Of a stretch of 64,000 nt of DNA, positions 32,501-47,000 are shown piece after piece. Numbering within the stretch: position 1 is the first letter of the stretch; each line of letters begins with the position of its first letter. A program made the translations under genes and the position numbers. The notes under the pieces were generated by a model. The model was not told the origin of the DNA. It saw only the letters and a program-made list of their open reading frames with translations, and searched no databases. The stretch is from Eledone cirrhosa (Eukaryota): NCBI GenBank assembly GCA_964016885.1, contig OZ024741.1, positions 254,572,001 to 254,636,000 of the forward strand, in the 5' to 3' direction.

Positions 32501-35500
32501 AACACTGGCACTGACACAGAAAACAGCAACAACTACAACAACACTGGCACTGACAGAGAAAACAGCAACAACTACAACACTGGCACTGACAGAGAAAACA
32601 GCAACAACAACAACACTGGCACTGACAGAGAAAACAGCAACAACTACAACAACACTGGCACTGACACAGAAAACAGCAACAACAACAACAACACTGGCAC
32701 TGACACAGAAAACAGCAACAGCAACAGCAACAACAACAACAACACTGTCACTGACAGAGAAAACGGCAACAACTACAACACTGGCACTGACAGAGAAAAC
32801 ACAACAACAACAACAACACTGGCACTGACAGAGAAAACAGCAACAACTACAACAACACTGGCACTGACACAGAAAACAGCAACAACTACAACAAAACTGG
32901 CACTGACAGAGAAAACAGCAACAACTACAACAACACTGGCACTGACAGAGAAAACAGCAACAACAACAACACTGGCACTGACAGAGAAAACAGCAACAAC
33001 TACAACAACACTGGCACTGACACAGAAAACAGCAACAACAACAACAACACTGGCACTGACACAGAAAACAGCAACAACAACAACACTGGCACTGACAGTA
33101 AAAATAGCAACAACAACAACACTGGCACTGACAGAGAAAACAGCAACAACAACAACACTGGCACTGACACAGAAAACAGCAACAACAACAACACTGGCAC
33201 TAACACAGAAAACAGCAACAACTACAACAACACTGGCACTGACAGAGAAAACAGCAACAACTACAACAACACTGGCACTGACACAGAAAACAGCAACAAC
33301 AACAACACTGGCACTGACACAGAAAACAGCAACAACAACAACACTGGCACTGACAGAGAAAACAGCAACAACAACACTGGCACTGACAGAGAAAACAGCA
33401 ACAACAACAACACCGGCACTGACACAGAAAACAGCAACAACTACAACAACACTGGAACTGACAGAGAAAACAGCAACAACAACAACACTGGCACTGACAC
33501 AGAAAACAGCAACAACTACAACACTGGCACTGACAGAGAAAACAGGAACAACTACAACAACACTGGCACTGACAGAGAAAACAGCAACAGCAACAACACT
33601 GGCACTGACACAGAAAACAGCAACAACAGCAACAACAACACTGGCACTGACACAGAAAACAGCAACAACAGCAATAACAATGGCACTGACACAGAAAACA
33701 GCAACAACAACAACACTGGCACTGACAGAGAAAACAGCAACAACAACACTGGCACTGACAGAGAAAACAGCAACAACAACACTGGCACTGACACAGAAAA
33801 CAGCAACAACAACAGTGGCACTGACACAGAAAACAGCAACAACTTCAACAACACTGGAACTGACAGAGAAAACAGCAACAACAACACTGGCACTGACACA
33901 GAAAACAGCAACAACTACAACAACACTGGCACTGACAGAGAAAACAGCAACAACTACAACAACACTGGCACTGACAGAGAAAACAGCAACAACTACAACA
34001 ACACTGGCACTGACACAGAAAACAGCAACAACTACAACAACACTGGCACTGACACAGAAAACAGCAACAACAACAACAACACTGGCACTGACACAGAAAA
34101 CAGCAACAACAACAACACTGGCACTGACAGTGAAACTAGCAACAACAACAACACTGGGACTGACAGAGAAAACAGCAACAGCAACAACACTGGCACTGAC
34201 ACAGAAAACAGCAACAACATCAACAACAACACTGTCACTGACACAGAAAACAGCAACAACAGCAATAACAATGTCACTGACACAGAAAACAGCAACAACA
34301 ACACTGGCACTGACAGAGAAAACAGCAACAACAACACTGGCACTGACAGAGAAAACAGCAACAACAACAACACTGGCACTGACACAGAAAACAGCAACAA
34401 CAACAGTGGCACTGACACAGAAAACAGCAACAACTACAACAACACTGGCACTGACAGAGAAAACAGCAACAACAACAACACTGGCACTGACACAGAAAAC
34501 AGCAACAACTACAACAACACTGGCACTGACAGAGAAAACAGCAACAACTACAACAACACTGGCACTGACAGAGAAAACAGCAACAACTACAACAACACTG
34601 GCACTGACACAGAAAACAGCAACAACTACAACAACACTGGCACTGACACAGAAAACAGCAACAACAACAACACTGGCACTGACACAGAAAACAGCAACAA
34701 CAACAACACTGGCACTGACAGTGAAAATAGCAACAACAACAACACTGGCACTGACAGAGAAAACAGCAACAACAACAACACTGGCACTGACACAAAAAAC
34801 AGCAACAACAACAACACTGGCACTGACACAGAAAACAGCAACAACTACAACAACACTGGCACTGACAGAGAAAACAGCAACAACTACAACACTGGCACTG
34901 ACAGAGAAAACAGCAACAACAACAACACTGGCACTGACAGAGAAAACAGCAACAACAACAACACCGACACTGACACAGAAAACAGCAACAACTACAACAA
35001 CACTGGCACGGAAAACAGCAACAACAGCAACAACAACTCTGGCACTGACACAGAAAACAGCAACAACAGCAACAACACTGGCACTGACACAGAAAACAGC
35101 AACAACAGCAACAACCGTGGCACTGACACAGAAAACAGCAACAACAGCAACAATAACACTGGCACTGGCACAGAAAACAGCAACAGCAACACTGGAACTG
35201 ACACAGAAAACAGCAACAGTAACAACAACAACTCTGGCACTGACACAGAAAACAGCAACAACAACAACACTGGCACTGACAGTGAAAATAGCAACAGCAA
35301 CAACACTGGCACTGACAGTGAAAATAGCAACAGCAACAGCACTGAAAACAGCAACAACAGCAATAACAATGGCACTGACACAGAAAACAGCAACAACAAC
35401 ACTGACAGAGAAAACAGCAACAACAACAACACTGGCACTGACACAGAAAACAGCAACAACAACAGTGGCACTGACACAGAAAACAGCAACAACAACAACA

Positions 35501-38500
35501 ACACTGGCACTGACAGAGAAAACAGCAACAACAACAACACTGACACTGACACAGAAAACAGCAACAACTACAACAACACTGGCACTGACAGAGAGAACAG
35601 CAACAACTACAACAACACTGGCACTGACAGAGAAAACAGCAACAACAACAACACTGACACTGACACAGAAAACAGCAACAACTACAACAACACTGGCACT
35701 GACAGAGAAAACAGCAACAACTACAACAACACTGGCACTGACAGAGAAAACAGCAACAACTACAACAATACTGGCACTGACACAGAAAACAGCAACAACT
35801 ACAACAACACTGGCACTGGCAGAGAAAACATCAACAACTACAACAACACTGGCACTGACAGAGAAAACAGCAACAACTACAACAACACTGGCACTGACAC
35901 AGAAAACAGCAACAACTACAACAACACTGGCACTGACAGAGAAAACAGCAACAACTACAACACTGGCACTGACAGAGAAAACAGCAACAACAACAACACT
36001 GGCACTGACAGAGAAAACAGCAACAACAACAACACCGGCACTGACACAGAAAACAGCAACAACTACAACAACACTGGCACGGAAAACAGCAACAACAGCA
36101 ACAACAACTCTGGCACTGACACAGAAAACAGCAACAACAGCAACAACACTGGCACTGACACAGAAAACAGCAACAACCGTGGCACTGACACAGAAAACAG
36201 CAACAGTAACAACAACAACTCTGGCACTGACACAGAAAACAGCAACAACAACAACACTGGCACTGACAGTGAAAATAGCAACAGCAACAACACTGGCACT
36301 GACAGTGAAAATAGCAACAGCAACAGCACTGGCACTGACAGAGAAAACAGCAACAACAACAACACTGGCACTGACACAGAAAACAGCAACAACAACAACA
36401 CTGGCACTGACAGAGAAAACAGCAACAACTACAACACTGGCACTGACAGAGAAAGCAGCAACAACAACACTGGCACTGACAGAGAAAACAACAACAACTA
36501 CAACAACACTGGCACTGACACAGAAAACAACAACAACTACAACAACACTGGCACTGACAGAGAAAACAGCAACAACTACAACAACACTGGCACTGACAGA
36601 GAAAACAGCAACAACAGCAACAACACTGCCACTGACACAGAAAACAGCAACAACTACAACAACACTGGCACTGGCAGAGAAAACAGCAACAACTACAACA
36701 ACACTGGCACTGACACAGAAAACAGCAACAACTACAACAACACTGGCACTGACACAGAAAACAGCAACAACTTCAACAACACTGGAACTGACAGAGAAAA
36801 CAGCAACAACTACAACAACACTGGCACTGACACAGAAAACAGCAACAACTACAACAACACTGGCACTGACACAGAAAACAGCAACAACAACAACAACACT
36901 GGCACTGACACAGAAAACAGCAACAACAACAACACTGGCACTGACAGTGAAAATAGCAACAACAACAACATTGGCACTGACAGAGAAAACAGCAACAACA
37001 ACAACACTGGCACTGACACAGAAAACAGCAACAACAACAACACTGGCACTGACACAGAAAACAGCAACAACTACAACAACACTGGCACTGACAGAGAAAA
37101 CAGCAACAACTACAACACTGGCACTGACAGAGAAAACAGCAACAACAACAACACTGGCACTGACAGAGAAAACAGCAACAACTACAACAACACTGGCACT
37201 GACACAGAAAACAGCAACAACAACAACAACACTGGCACTGACACAGAAAACAGCAACAGCAACAGCAACAACAACAACAACACTGTCACTGACAGAGAAA
37301 ACGGCAACAACTACAACACTGGCACTGACAGAGAAAACACAACAACAACAACAACACTGGCACTGACAGAGAAAACAGCAACAACTACAACAACACTGGC
37401 ACTGACACAGAAAACAGCAACAACTACAACAAAACTGGCACTGACAGAGAAAACAGCAACAACTACAACAACACTGGCACTGACAGAGAAAACAGCAACA
37501 ACAACAACACTGGCACTGACAGAGAAAACAGCAACAACTACAACAACACTGGCACTGACACAGAAAACAGCAACAACAACAACAACACTGGCACTGACAC
37601 AGAAAACAGCAACAACAACAACACTGGCACTGACAGTAACAATAGCAACAACAACAACACTGGCACTGACAGAGAAAACAGCAACAACAACAACACTGGC
37701 ACTGACACAGAAAACAGCAACAACAACAACACTGGCACTAACACAGAAAACAGCAACAACTACAACAACACTGGCACTGACAGAGAAAACAGCAACAACT
37801 ACAACAACACTGGCACTGACACAGAAAACAGCAACAACAACAACACTGGCACTGACACAGAAAACAGCAACAACAACAACACTGGCACTGACAGAGAAAA
37901 CAGCAACAACAACACTGGCACTGACAGAGAAAACAGCAACAACAACAACACCGGCACTGACACAGAAAACAGCAACAACTACAACAACACTGGAACTGAC
38001 AGAGAAAACAGCAACAACAACAACACTGGCACTGACACAGAAAACAGCAACAACTACAACACTGGCACTGACAGAGAAAACAGGAACAACTACAACAACA
38101 CTGGCACTGACAGAGAAAACAGCAACAGCAACAACACTGGCACTGACACAGAAAACAGCAACAACAGCAACAACAACACTGGCACTGACACAGAAAACAG
38201 CAACAACAGCAATAACAATGGCACTGACACAGAAAACAGCAACAACAACAACACTGGCACTGACAGAGAAAACAGCAACAACAACACTGGCACTGACAGA
38301 GAAAACAGCAACAACAACACTGGCACTGACACAGAAAACAGCAACAACAACAGTGGCACTGACACAGAAAACAGCAACAACTTCAACAACACTGGAACTG
38401 ACAGAGAAAACAGCAACAACAACACTGGCACTGACACAGAAAACAGCAACAACTACAACAACACTGGCACTGACAGAGAAAACAGCAACAACTACAACAA

Positions 38501-38690
38501 CACTGGCACTGACAGAGAAAACAGCAACAACTACAACAACACTGGCACTGACACAGAAAACAGCAACAACTACAACAACACTGGCACTGACACAGAAAAC
38601 AGCAACAACAACAACAACACTGGCACTGACACAGAAAACAGCAACAACAACAACACTGGCACTGACAGTGAAACTAGCAACAACAACAAC
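29530..38690 (+). repeat. Higher-order tandem duplication, period ~4.54-4.66 kb
   Basis: ORF pairs 30001/34626 and 30367/34992 (offset 4625), 31405/36063 (4658), and 32311/36849, 33000/37538, 33552/38090 (4538). Shared rare variants: GCACTGAAAACA ~30714/~35339, GTGAAACTA 34130/38668, ACAGGAACA ~33542/~38080. Confidence 0.93.
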
Positions 38691-38989
38691 ATTGGCACTG
38701 ACAGAGAAAACAGCAACAACAACAACACTGGCACTGACACAGAAAACAGCAACAACAACAACACTGGCACTGACACAGAAAACAGCAACAACTACAACAA
38801 CACTGGCACTGACAGAGAAAACAGCAACAACTACAACAACACTGGCACTGACACAGAAAACAGCAACAACAACAACAACACTGGCACTGACACAGAAAAC
38901 AGCAACAGCAACAACAACAACAACAACACTGGCACTGACAGAGAAAACGGCAACAACTACAACACAGGCACTGACAGAGAAAACACAAC

Positions 38990-41900
38990 AACAACAACAA
39001 CACTGGCACTGACAGAGAAAACAGCAACAACTACAACAACACTGGCACGGACACAGAAAACAGCAACAACTACAACAAAACTGGCACTGACAGAGAAAAC
39101 AGCAACAACTACAACAACACTGGCACTGACAGAGAAAACAGCAACAACAACAACACTGGCACTGACAGAGAAAACAGCAACAACTACAACAACACTGGCA
39201 CTGACACAGAAAACAGCAACAACAACAACAACACTGGCACTGACAGAGAAAACAGCAACAACAACAACACTGGCACTGACACAGAAAACAGCAACAACAA
39301 CAACACTGGCACTGACACAGAAAACAGCAACAACTACAACAACACTGGCACTGACAGAGAAAACAGCAACAACTACAACAACACTGGCACTGACACAGAA
39401 AACAGCAACAACAACAACACTGGCACTGACACAGAAAACAGCAACAACAACAACACTGGCACTGACAGAGAAAACAGCAACAACAACACTGGCACTGACA
39501 GAGAAAACAGCAACAACAACAACACCGGCACTGACACAGAAAACAGCAACAACTACAACAACACTGGCACTGACAGAGAAAACAGCAACAACAACAACAC
39601 TGGCACTGACAAAGAAAACAGCAACAACTACAACACTGGCACTGACAGAGAAAACAGCAACAACTACAACAACACTGGCACTGACAGAGAAAACAGCAAC
39701 AGCAACAACACTGGCACTGACACAGAAAACAGCAACAACAGCAACAACAACACTGGCACTGACACAGAAAACAGCAACAACAGCAATAACAATGGCACTG
39801 ACACAGAAAACAGCAACAACAACAACACTGGCACTGACAGCGAAAACAGCAACAACAACACTGGCACTGACAGAGAAAACAGCAACAACAACAACACTGG
39901 CACTGACACAGAAAACAGCAACAACAACAGTGGCACTGAAACAGAAAACAGCAACAACTACAACAACACTGGCACTGACACAGAAAACAGCAACAACAAC
40001 AACAACACTGGCACTGACAGAGAAAACAGCAACAACAACAACACTGGCACTGACACAGAAAACAGCAACAACAGCAACAACACTGGCACTGACACAGAAA
40101 ACAGCAACAACTACAACAACACTGGCACTGACAGAGAAAACAGCAACAACTACAACAACACTGGCACTGACAGAGAAAACAGCAACAACAACAACACTGG
40201 CACTGACACAGAAAACAGCAACAACTACAACAACACTGGCACTGACAGAGAAAACAGCAACAACTACAACAACACTGGCACTGACAGAGAAAACAGCAAC
40301 AACAACAACACCGGCACTGACACAGAAAACAGCAACAACTACAACAACACTGGCACTGACAGAGAAAACAGCAACAACTACAACAACACTGGCACTGACA
40401 GAGAAAACAGCAACAACAACAACACTGGCACTGACAGAGAAATCAGCAACAACAACACTGGCACTGACAGAGAAAACAGCAACAAAATCAACACTGACAC
40501 TGACACAGAAAACAGCAACAACAACAGTGGCACTGACACAGAAAACAGCAAAAAACTACAACAACACTGGCACTGACACAGAAAACAGCAACAACTACAA
40601 CAACACTGGCACTCACAGAGAAAACAGCAACAACTACAGCAACACTGGCACTCACAGAGAAAACAGCAACAACTACAACAACACTGGCACTGACACAGAA
40701 AACCGCAACAACTACAACAACACTGGCACTGACACAGAAAACAGCAACAACTACAACAACACTGGCACTGACACAGAAAACAGCAACAACAACAACACTG
40801 GCACTGACACAGAAAACAGCAACAACAACAACACTGGCACTGACAGAGAAAACAGCAACAACAACAACACTGGCACTGACAGAGAAAACAGCAACAACAA
40901 CAACACCGGCACTGACACAGAAAACAGCAACAACTACAACAACACTGGCACTGACAGTGAAAACAGCAACAACTACAACAACACTGGCACTGACACAGAA
41001 AACAGCAACAACTACAACAACACTGGCACTGACACAGAAAACAGCAACAACAACAACAACACTGGCACTGACACAGAAAACAGCAACAACAACAACACTG
41101 GCACTGACAGTGAAAATAGCAACAACAACAACAACACTGGCACTGACAGAGAAAACAGCAACAACAACAACACTGGCACTGACACAAAAAACAGCAACAA
41201 CAACACTGGCACTGACACAGAAAACAGCAACAACTACAACAACACTGGCACTGACAGAGAAAACAACAACAACTACAACACTGGCACTGACAGAGAAAAC
41301 AGCAACAACTACAACAACACTGGCACTGACACAGAAAACAGCAACAACTACAACAACACTGGCACTGACACAGAAAACAGCAACAACAACAACAACACTG
41401 GCACTGACACAGAAAACAGCAACAACAACAACACTGGCACTGAGAGTGAAAATAGCAACAACAACAACATTGGCACTGACAGAGAAAACAGCAACAACAA
41501 CAACACTGGCACTGACACAGAAAACAGCAACAACAACAACACTGGCACTGACACAGAAAACAGCAACAACTACAACAACACTGGCACTGACAGAGAAAAC
41601 AGCAACAACTACAACACTGGCACTGACAGAGAAAACAGCAACAACAACAACACTGGCACTGACAGAGAAAACAGCAACAACTACAACAACACTGGCACTG
41701 ACACAGAAAACAGCAACAACAACAACAACACTGGCACTGACACAGAAAACAGCAACAGCAACAGCAACAGCAACAACAACAACAACACTGGCACTGACAG
41801 AGAAAACGGCAACAACTACAACACTGGCACTGACAGAGAAAACACAACAACAACAACAACAACACTGGCACTGACAGAGAAAACAGCAACAACTACAACA

Positions 41901-44000
41901 ACACTGGCACTGACAGAGAAAACAGCAACAAAAACAACAAAACTGGCACTGACAGAGAAAACAGCAACAACTACAACAACACTGGCACTGACAGAGGAAA
42001 CAGCAACAACAACAACACTGGCACTGACAGAGAAAACAGCAACAACTACAACAACACTGGCACTGACACAGAAAACAGTAACAACAACAACAACACTGGC
42101 ACTGACAGAGAAAACAGCAACAACAACAACACTGGCACTGACACAGAAAACAGCAACAACAACAACACTGGCACTGACACAGAAAACAGCAACAACTACA
42201 ACAACACTGGCACTGACAGAGAAAACAGCAACAACTACAACAACACTGGCACTGACACAGAAAACAGCAACAACAACAACACTGGCACTGACACAGAAAA
42301 CAGCAACAACAACAACACTGGCACTGACAGAGAAAACAGCAACAACAACACTGGCACTGACAGAGAAAACAGCAACAACAACAACACCGGCACTGACACA
42401 GAAAACAGCAACAACTACAACAACACTGGCACTGACAGAGAAAACAGCAACAACAACAACACTGGCACTGACACAGAAAACAGCAACAACTACAACACTG
42501 GCACTGACAGAGAAAACAGCAACAACTACAACAACACTGGCACTGACAGAGAAAACAGCAACAGCAACAACACAGGCTCTGACACAGAAAACAGCAACAA
42601 CAGCAACAACAACACTGGCACTGACACAGAAAACAGCAACAACAGCAATAACAATGGCACTGACACAGAAAACAGCAACAACAACAACATTGGCACTGAC
42701 AGAGAAAACAGCAACAACAACACTGGCACTGACAGAGAAAACAGCAACAACAACAACACTGGCACTGACACAGAAAACAGCAACAACAACAGTGGCACTG
42801 ACACAGAAAACAGCAACAACTACAACAACACTGGCACTGACACAGAAAACAGCAACAACAACAACACTGGCACTGACAGAGAAAACAGCAACAACAACAA
42901 CACTGGCACTGACACAGAAAACAGCAACAACAGCAACAACACTGGCACTGACACAGAAAACAGCAACAACTACAACAACACTGGCACTGACAGAGAAAAC
43001 AGCAACAACTACAACAACACTGGCACTGACAGAGAAAACAGCAACAACAACAACACTGGCACTGACACAGAAAACAGCAACAACTACAACAACACTGGCA
43101 CTGACAGAGAAAACAGCAACAACTACAACAACACTGGCACTGACAGAGAAAACAGCAACAACAACAACACTGGCACTGACAGAGAAATCAGCAACAACAA
43201 CACTGGCACTGACAGAGAAAACAGCAACAAAATCAACACTGACACTGACACAGAAAACAGCAACAACAACAGTGGCACTGACACAGAAAACAGCAAAAAA
43301 CTACAACAACACTGGCACTGACACAGAAAACAGCAACAACTACAACAACACTGGCACTCACAGAGAAAACAGCAACAACTACAACAACACTGGCACTCAC
43401 AGAGAAAACAGCAACAACTACAACAACACTGGCACTGACACAGAAAACCGCAACAACTACAACAACACTGGCACTGACACAGAAAACAGCAACAACTACA
43501 ACAACACTGGCACTGACACAGAAAACAGCAACAACAACAACACTGGCACTGACACAGAAAACAGCAACAACAACAACACTGGCACTGACAGAGAAAACAG
43601 CAACAACAACAACACTGGCACTGACAGAGAAAACAGCAACAACAACAACACCGGCACTGACACAGAAAACAGCAACAACTACAACAAAACTGGCACTGAC
43701 ACAGAAAACAACAACAACAACAACAACACTGGCACTGACACAGAAAACAGCAACAACAACAACACTGGCACTGACAGTGAAAATAGCAACAACAACAACA
43801 ACACTGGCACTGACAGAGAAAACAGCAACAACAACAACACTGGCACTGACACAAAAAACAGCAACAACAACACTGGCACTGACACAGAAAACAGCAACAA
43901 CTACAACAACACTGGCACTGACAGAGAAAACAACAACAACTACAACACTGGCACTGACAGAGAAAACAGCAACAACAACAACACTGGCACTGACAGAGAA
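38990..44000 (+). repeat. Higher-order duplication, period ~2.75-2.86 kb
   Basis: ORF pairs 39664/42526 (offset 2862), 40378/43123 and 40751/43496 (2745); shared AAATCAGCA, ACAAAATCA and A-insertion variants at ~40440-40555 and ~43185-43300. Confidence 0.85.
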
Positions 44001-47000
44001 AACAGCAACAACAACAACACCGGCACTGACACAGAAAACAGCAACAACTACAACAACACTGGCACTGACAGAGAAAACAGCAACAACTACAACAACACTG
44101 GCACTGACACAGAAAACAGCAACAACTACAACAACACTGGCACTGACACAGAAAACAGCAACAACAACAACAACACTGGCACTGACACAGAAAACAGCAA
44201 CAACAACAACACTGGCACTGACAGTGAAAATAGCAACAACAACAACACTGACACTGACAGAGAAAACAGCAACAACAACAACACTGGCACTGACACAAAA
44301 AACAGCAACAACAACAACACTGGCACTGACACAGAAAACAGCAACAACTACAACAACACTGGCACTGACAGAGAAAACAGCAACAACTACAACACTGGCA
44401 CTGGCAGAGAAAACAGCAACAACAACAACACTGGCACTGACAGAGAAAACAGCAACAACAACAACAACACAGGCACTGACACAGAAAACAGCAACAACAA
44501 CAGCAACAACACTGGCACTGACACAGAAAACAGCAACAGCAACAACTACAACAACACTGGCACTGACAGAGAAAACAGCAACAACTACAACACTGGCACT
44601 GACAGAGAAAACACAACAACAACAACAACACTGGCACTGACAGAGAAAACAGCAACAACTACAACAACACTGGCACTGACACAGAAAACAGCAACAACTA
44701 CAACAAAACTGGCACTGACAGAGAAAACAGCAACAACTACAACAACACTGGCACTGACAGAGAAAACAGCAACAACAACACTGGCACTGACACAGAAAAC
44801 AGCAACAACTACAACAACACTGGCACTGACAGAGAAAACAGCAACAACTACAAAAACACTGGCACTGACAGAGAAAACAGCAACGACTACAACAACACTG
44901 GCACTGACACAGAAAACAGCAACAACAACACTTGGCACTGACAGAGAAAACAGCAACAACAACAACACTGGCACTGACAGAGAAAACAGCAACAACTACA
45001 ACAACACTGGCACTGACACAGAAGACAGAAACAACTACAACAACACTGGCACTGACAGAGAAAACAGCAACAACAACAACACTGGCACTGATACAGAAAA
45101 CAGCAACAACTACAACAACACTGACACTGACAGAGAAAACAGCAACAACTACAACAACACTGGCACTCACAGAGAAAACAGCAACAACTACAACAACACT
45201 GGCACTGACACAGAAAACAGCAACAACTACAACAACACTGGCACTGACACAGAAAACAGCAACAACTACAACAACACTGGCACTGACAGAGAAAACAGCA
45301 ACAACTACAACAACACTGGCACTGACAGAGAAAACAGCAACAACAACAACACTGGCACTGACACAGAAAACAGCAACAACTACAACAACACTGGCACTGA
45401 CAGAGAAAACAGCAACAACTACAACAACACTGGCACTGACAGAGAAAACAGCAACAACAACAACACTGGCACTGACAGAGAAAACAGCAACAACTACAAC
45501 AACACTGGCACTGACACAGAAAACAGCAACAACAACAACAACACTGGCACTGACACAGAAAACAGCAACAGCAACAGCAACAACAACAACAACACTGGCA
45601 CTGACAGAGAAAACAGCAACAACTACAACACTGGCACTGACAGAGAAAACACAACAACAACAACAACACTGGCAATGACAGAGAAAACAGCAACAACTAC
45701 AACAACACTGGCACTGACACAGAAAACAGCAACAACTACAACAAAACTGGCACTGACAGAGAAAACAGCAACAACTACAACAACACTGGCACTGACAGAG
45801 AAAACAGCAACAACAACAACACTGGCACTGACAGAGAAAACAGCAACAACTACAACAACACTGGCACTGACACAGAAAACAGCAACAACAACAACAACAC
45901 TGGCACTGACACAGAAAACAGCAACAACAACACTGGCACTGACAGTGAAAATAGCAACAACAACAACACTGGCACTGACAGAGAAAACAGCAACAACAAC
46001 AACACTGGCACTGACACAGAAAACAGCAACAACAACAACACTGGCACTGACACAGAAAACAGCAACAACTACAACAACACTGGCACTGACAGAGAAAACA
46101 GCAACAACTACAACAACACTTGCACTGACACAGAAAACAGCAACAACAACAACACTGGCACTGACACAGAAAACAACAACAACAACACTGGCACTGACAG
46201 AGAAAACAGCAACAACAACACTGGCACTGACAGAGAAAACAGCAACAACAACAACACCGGCACTGACACAGAAAACAGCAACAACTACAACAACACTGGC
46301 ACTGACAGAGAAAACAGCAACAACTACAACAACACTGGCACTGACAGAGAAAACAGCAACTGCAACAACACTGGCACTGACACAGAAAACAGCAACAACA
46401 GCAACAACAACACTGGCACTGACACAGAAAACAGCAACAACAGCAATAACAATGGCACTGACACAGAAAACAGCAACAACAACAACACTGGCACTGACAG
46501 AGAAAACAGCAACAACAACACTGGCACTGACAGAGAAAACAGCAACAACAACAACACTGGCACTGACACAGAAAACAGCAACAACAACAGTGGCACTGAC
46601 ACAGAAAACAGCAACAACTACAACAACACTGGCACTGACACAGAAAACAGCAACAACAACAACACTGGCACTGACAGAGAAAACAGCAACAACAACAACA
46701 CTGGCACTGACACAGAAAACAGCAACAACAGCAACAACACTGGCACTGACACAGAAAACAGCAACAACTACAACAACACTGGCACTGACAGAGAAAACAG
46801 CAACAACTACAACAACACTGGCACTGACAGAGAAAACAGCAACAACAACAACACTGGCACTGACACAGAAAACAGCAACAACTACAACAACACTGGCACT
46901 GACAGAGAAAACAGCAACAACTACAACAACACTGGCACTGACAGAGAAAACAGCAACAACAACAACACCGGCACTGACACAGAAAACAGCAACAACTACA

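Noticed and set aside
12311-44935. Singleton indels at ~12314 (+G), ~27503 (-G) and ~44932 (+T) as meaningful frameshifts
   Set aside because: Each is seen once and is absent from homologous or typical monomers, so it cannot be distinguished from a consensus error without reads.
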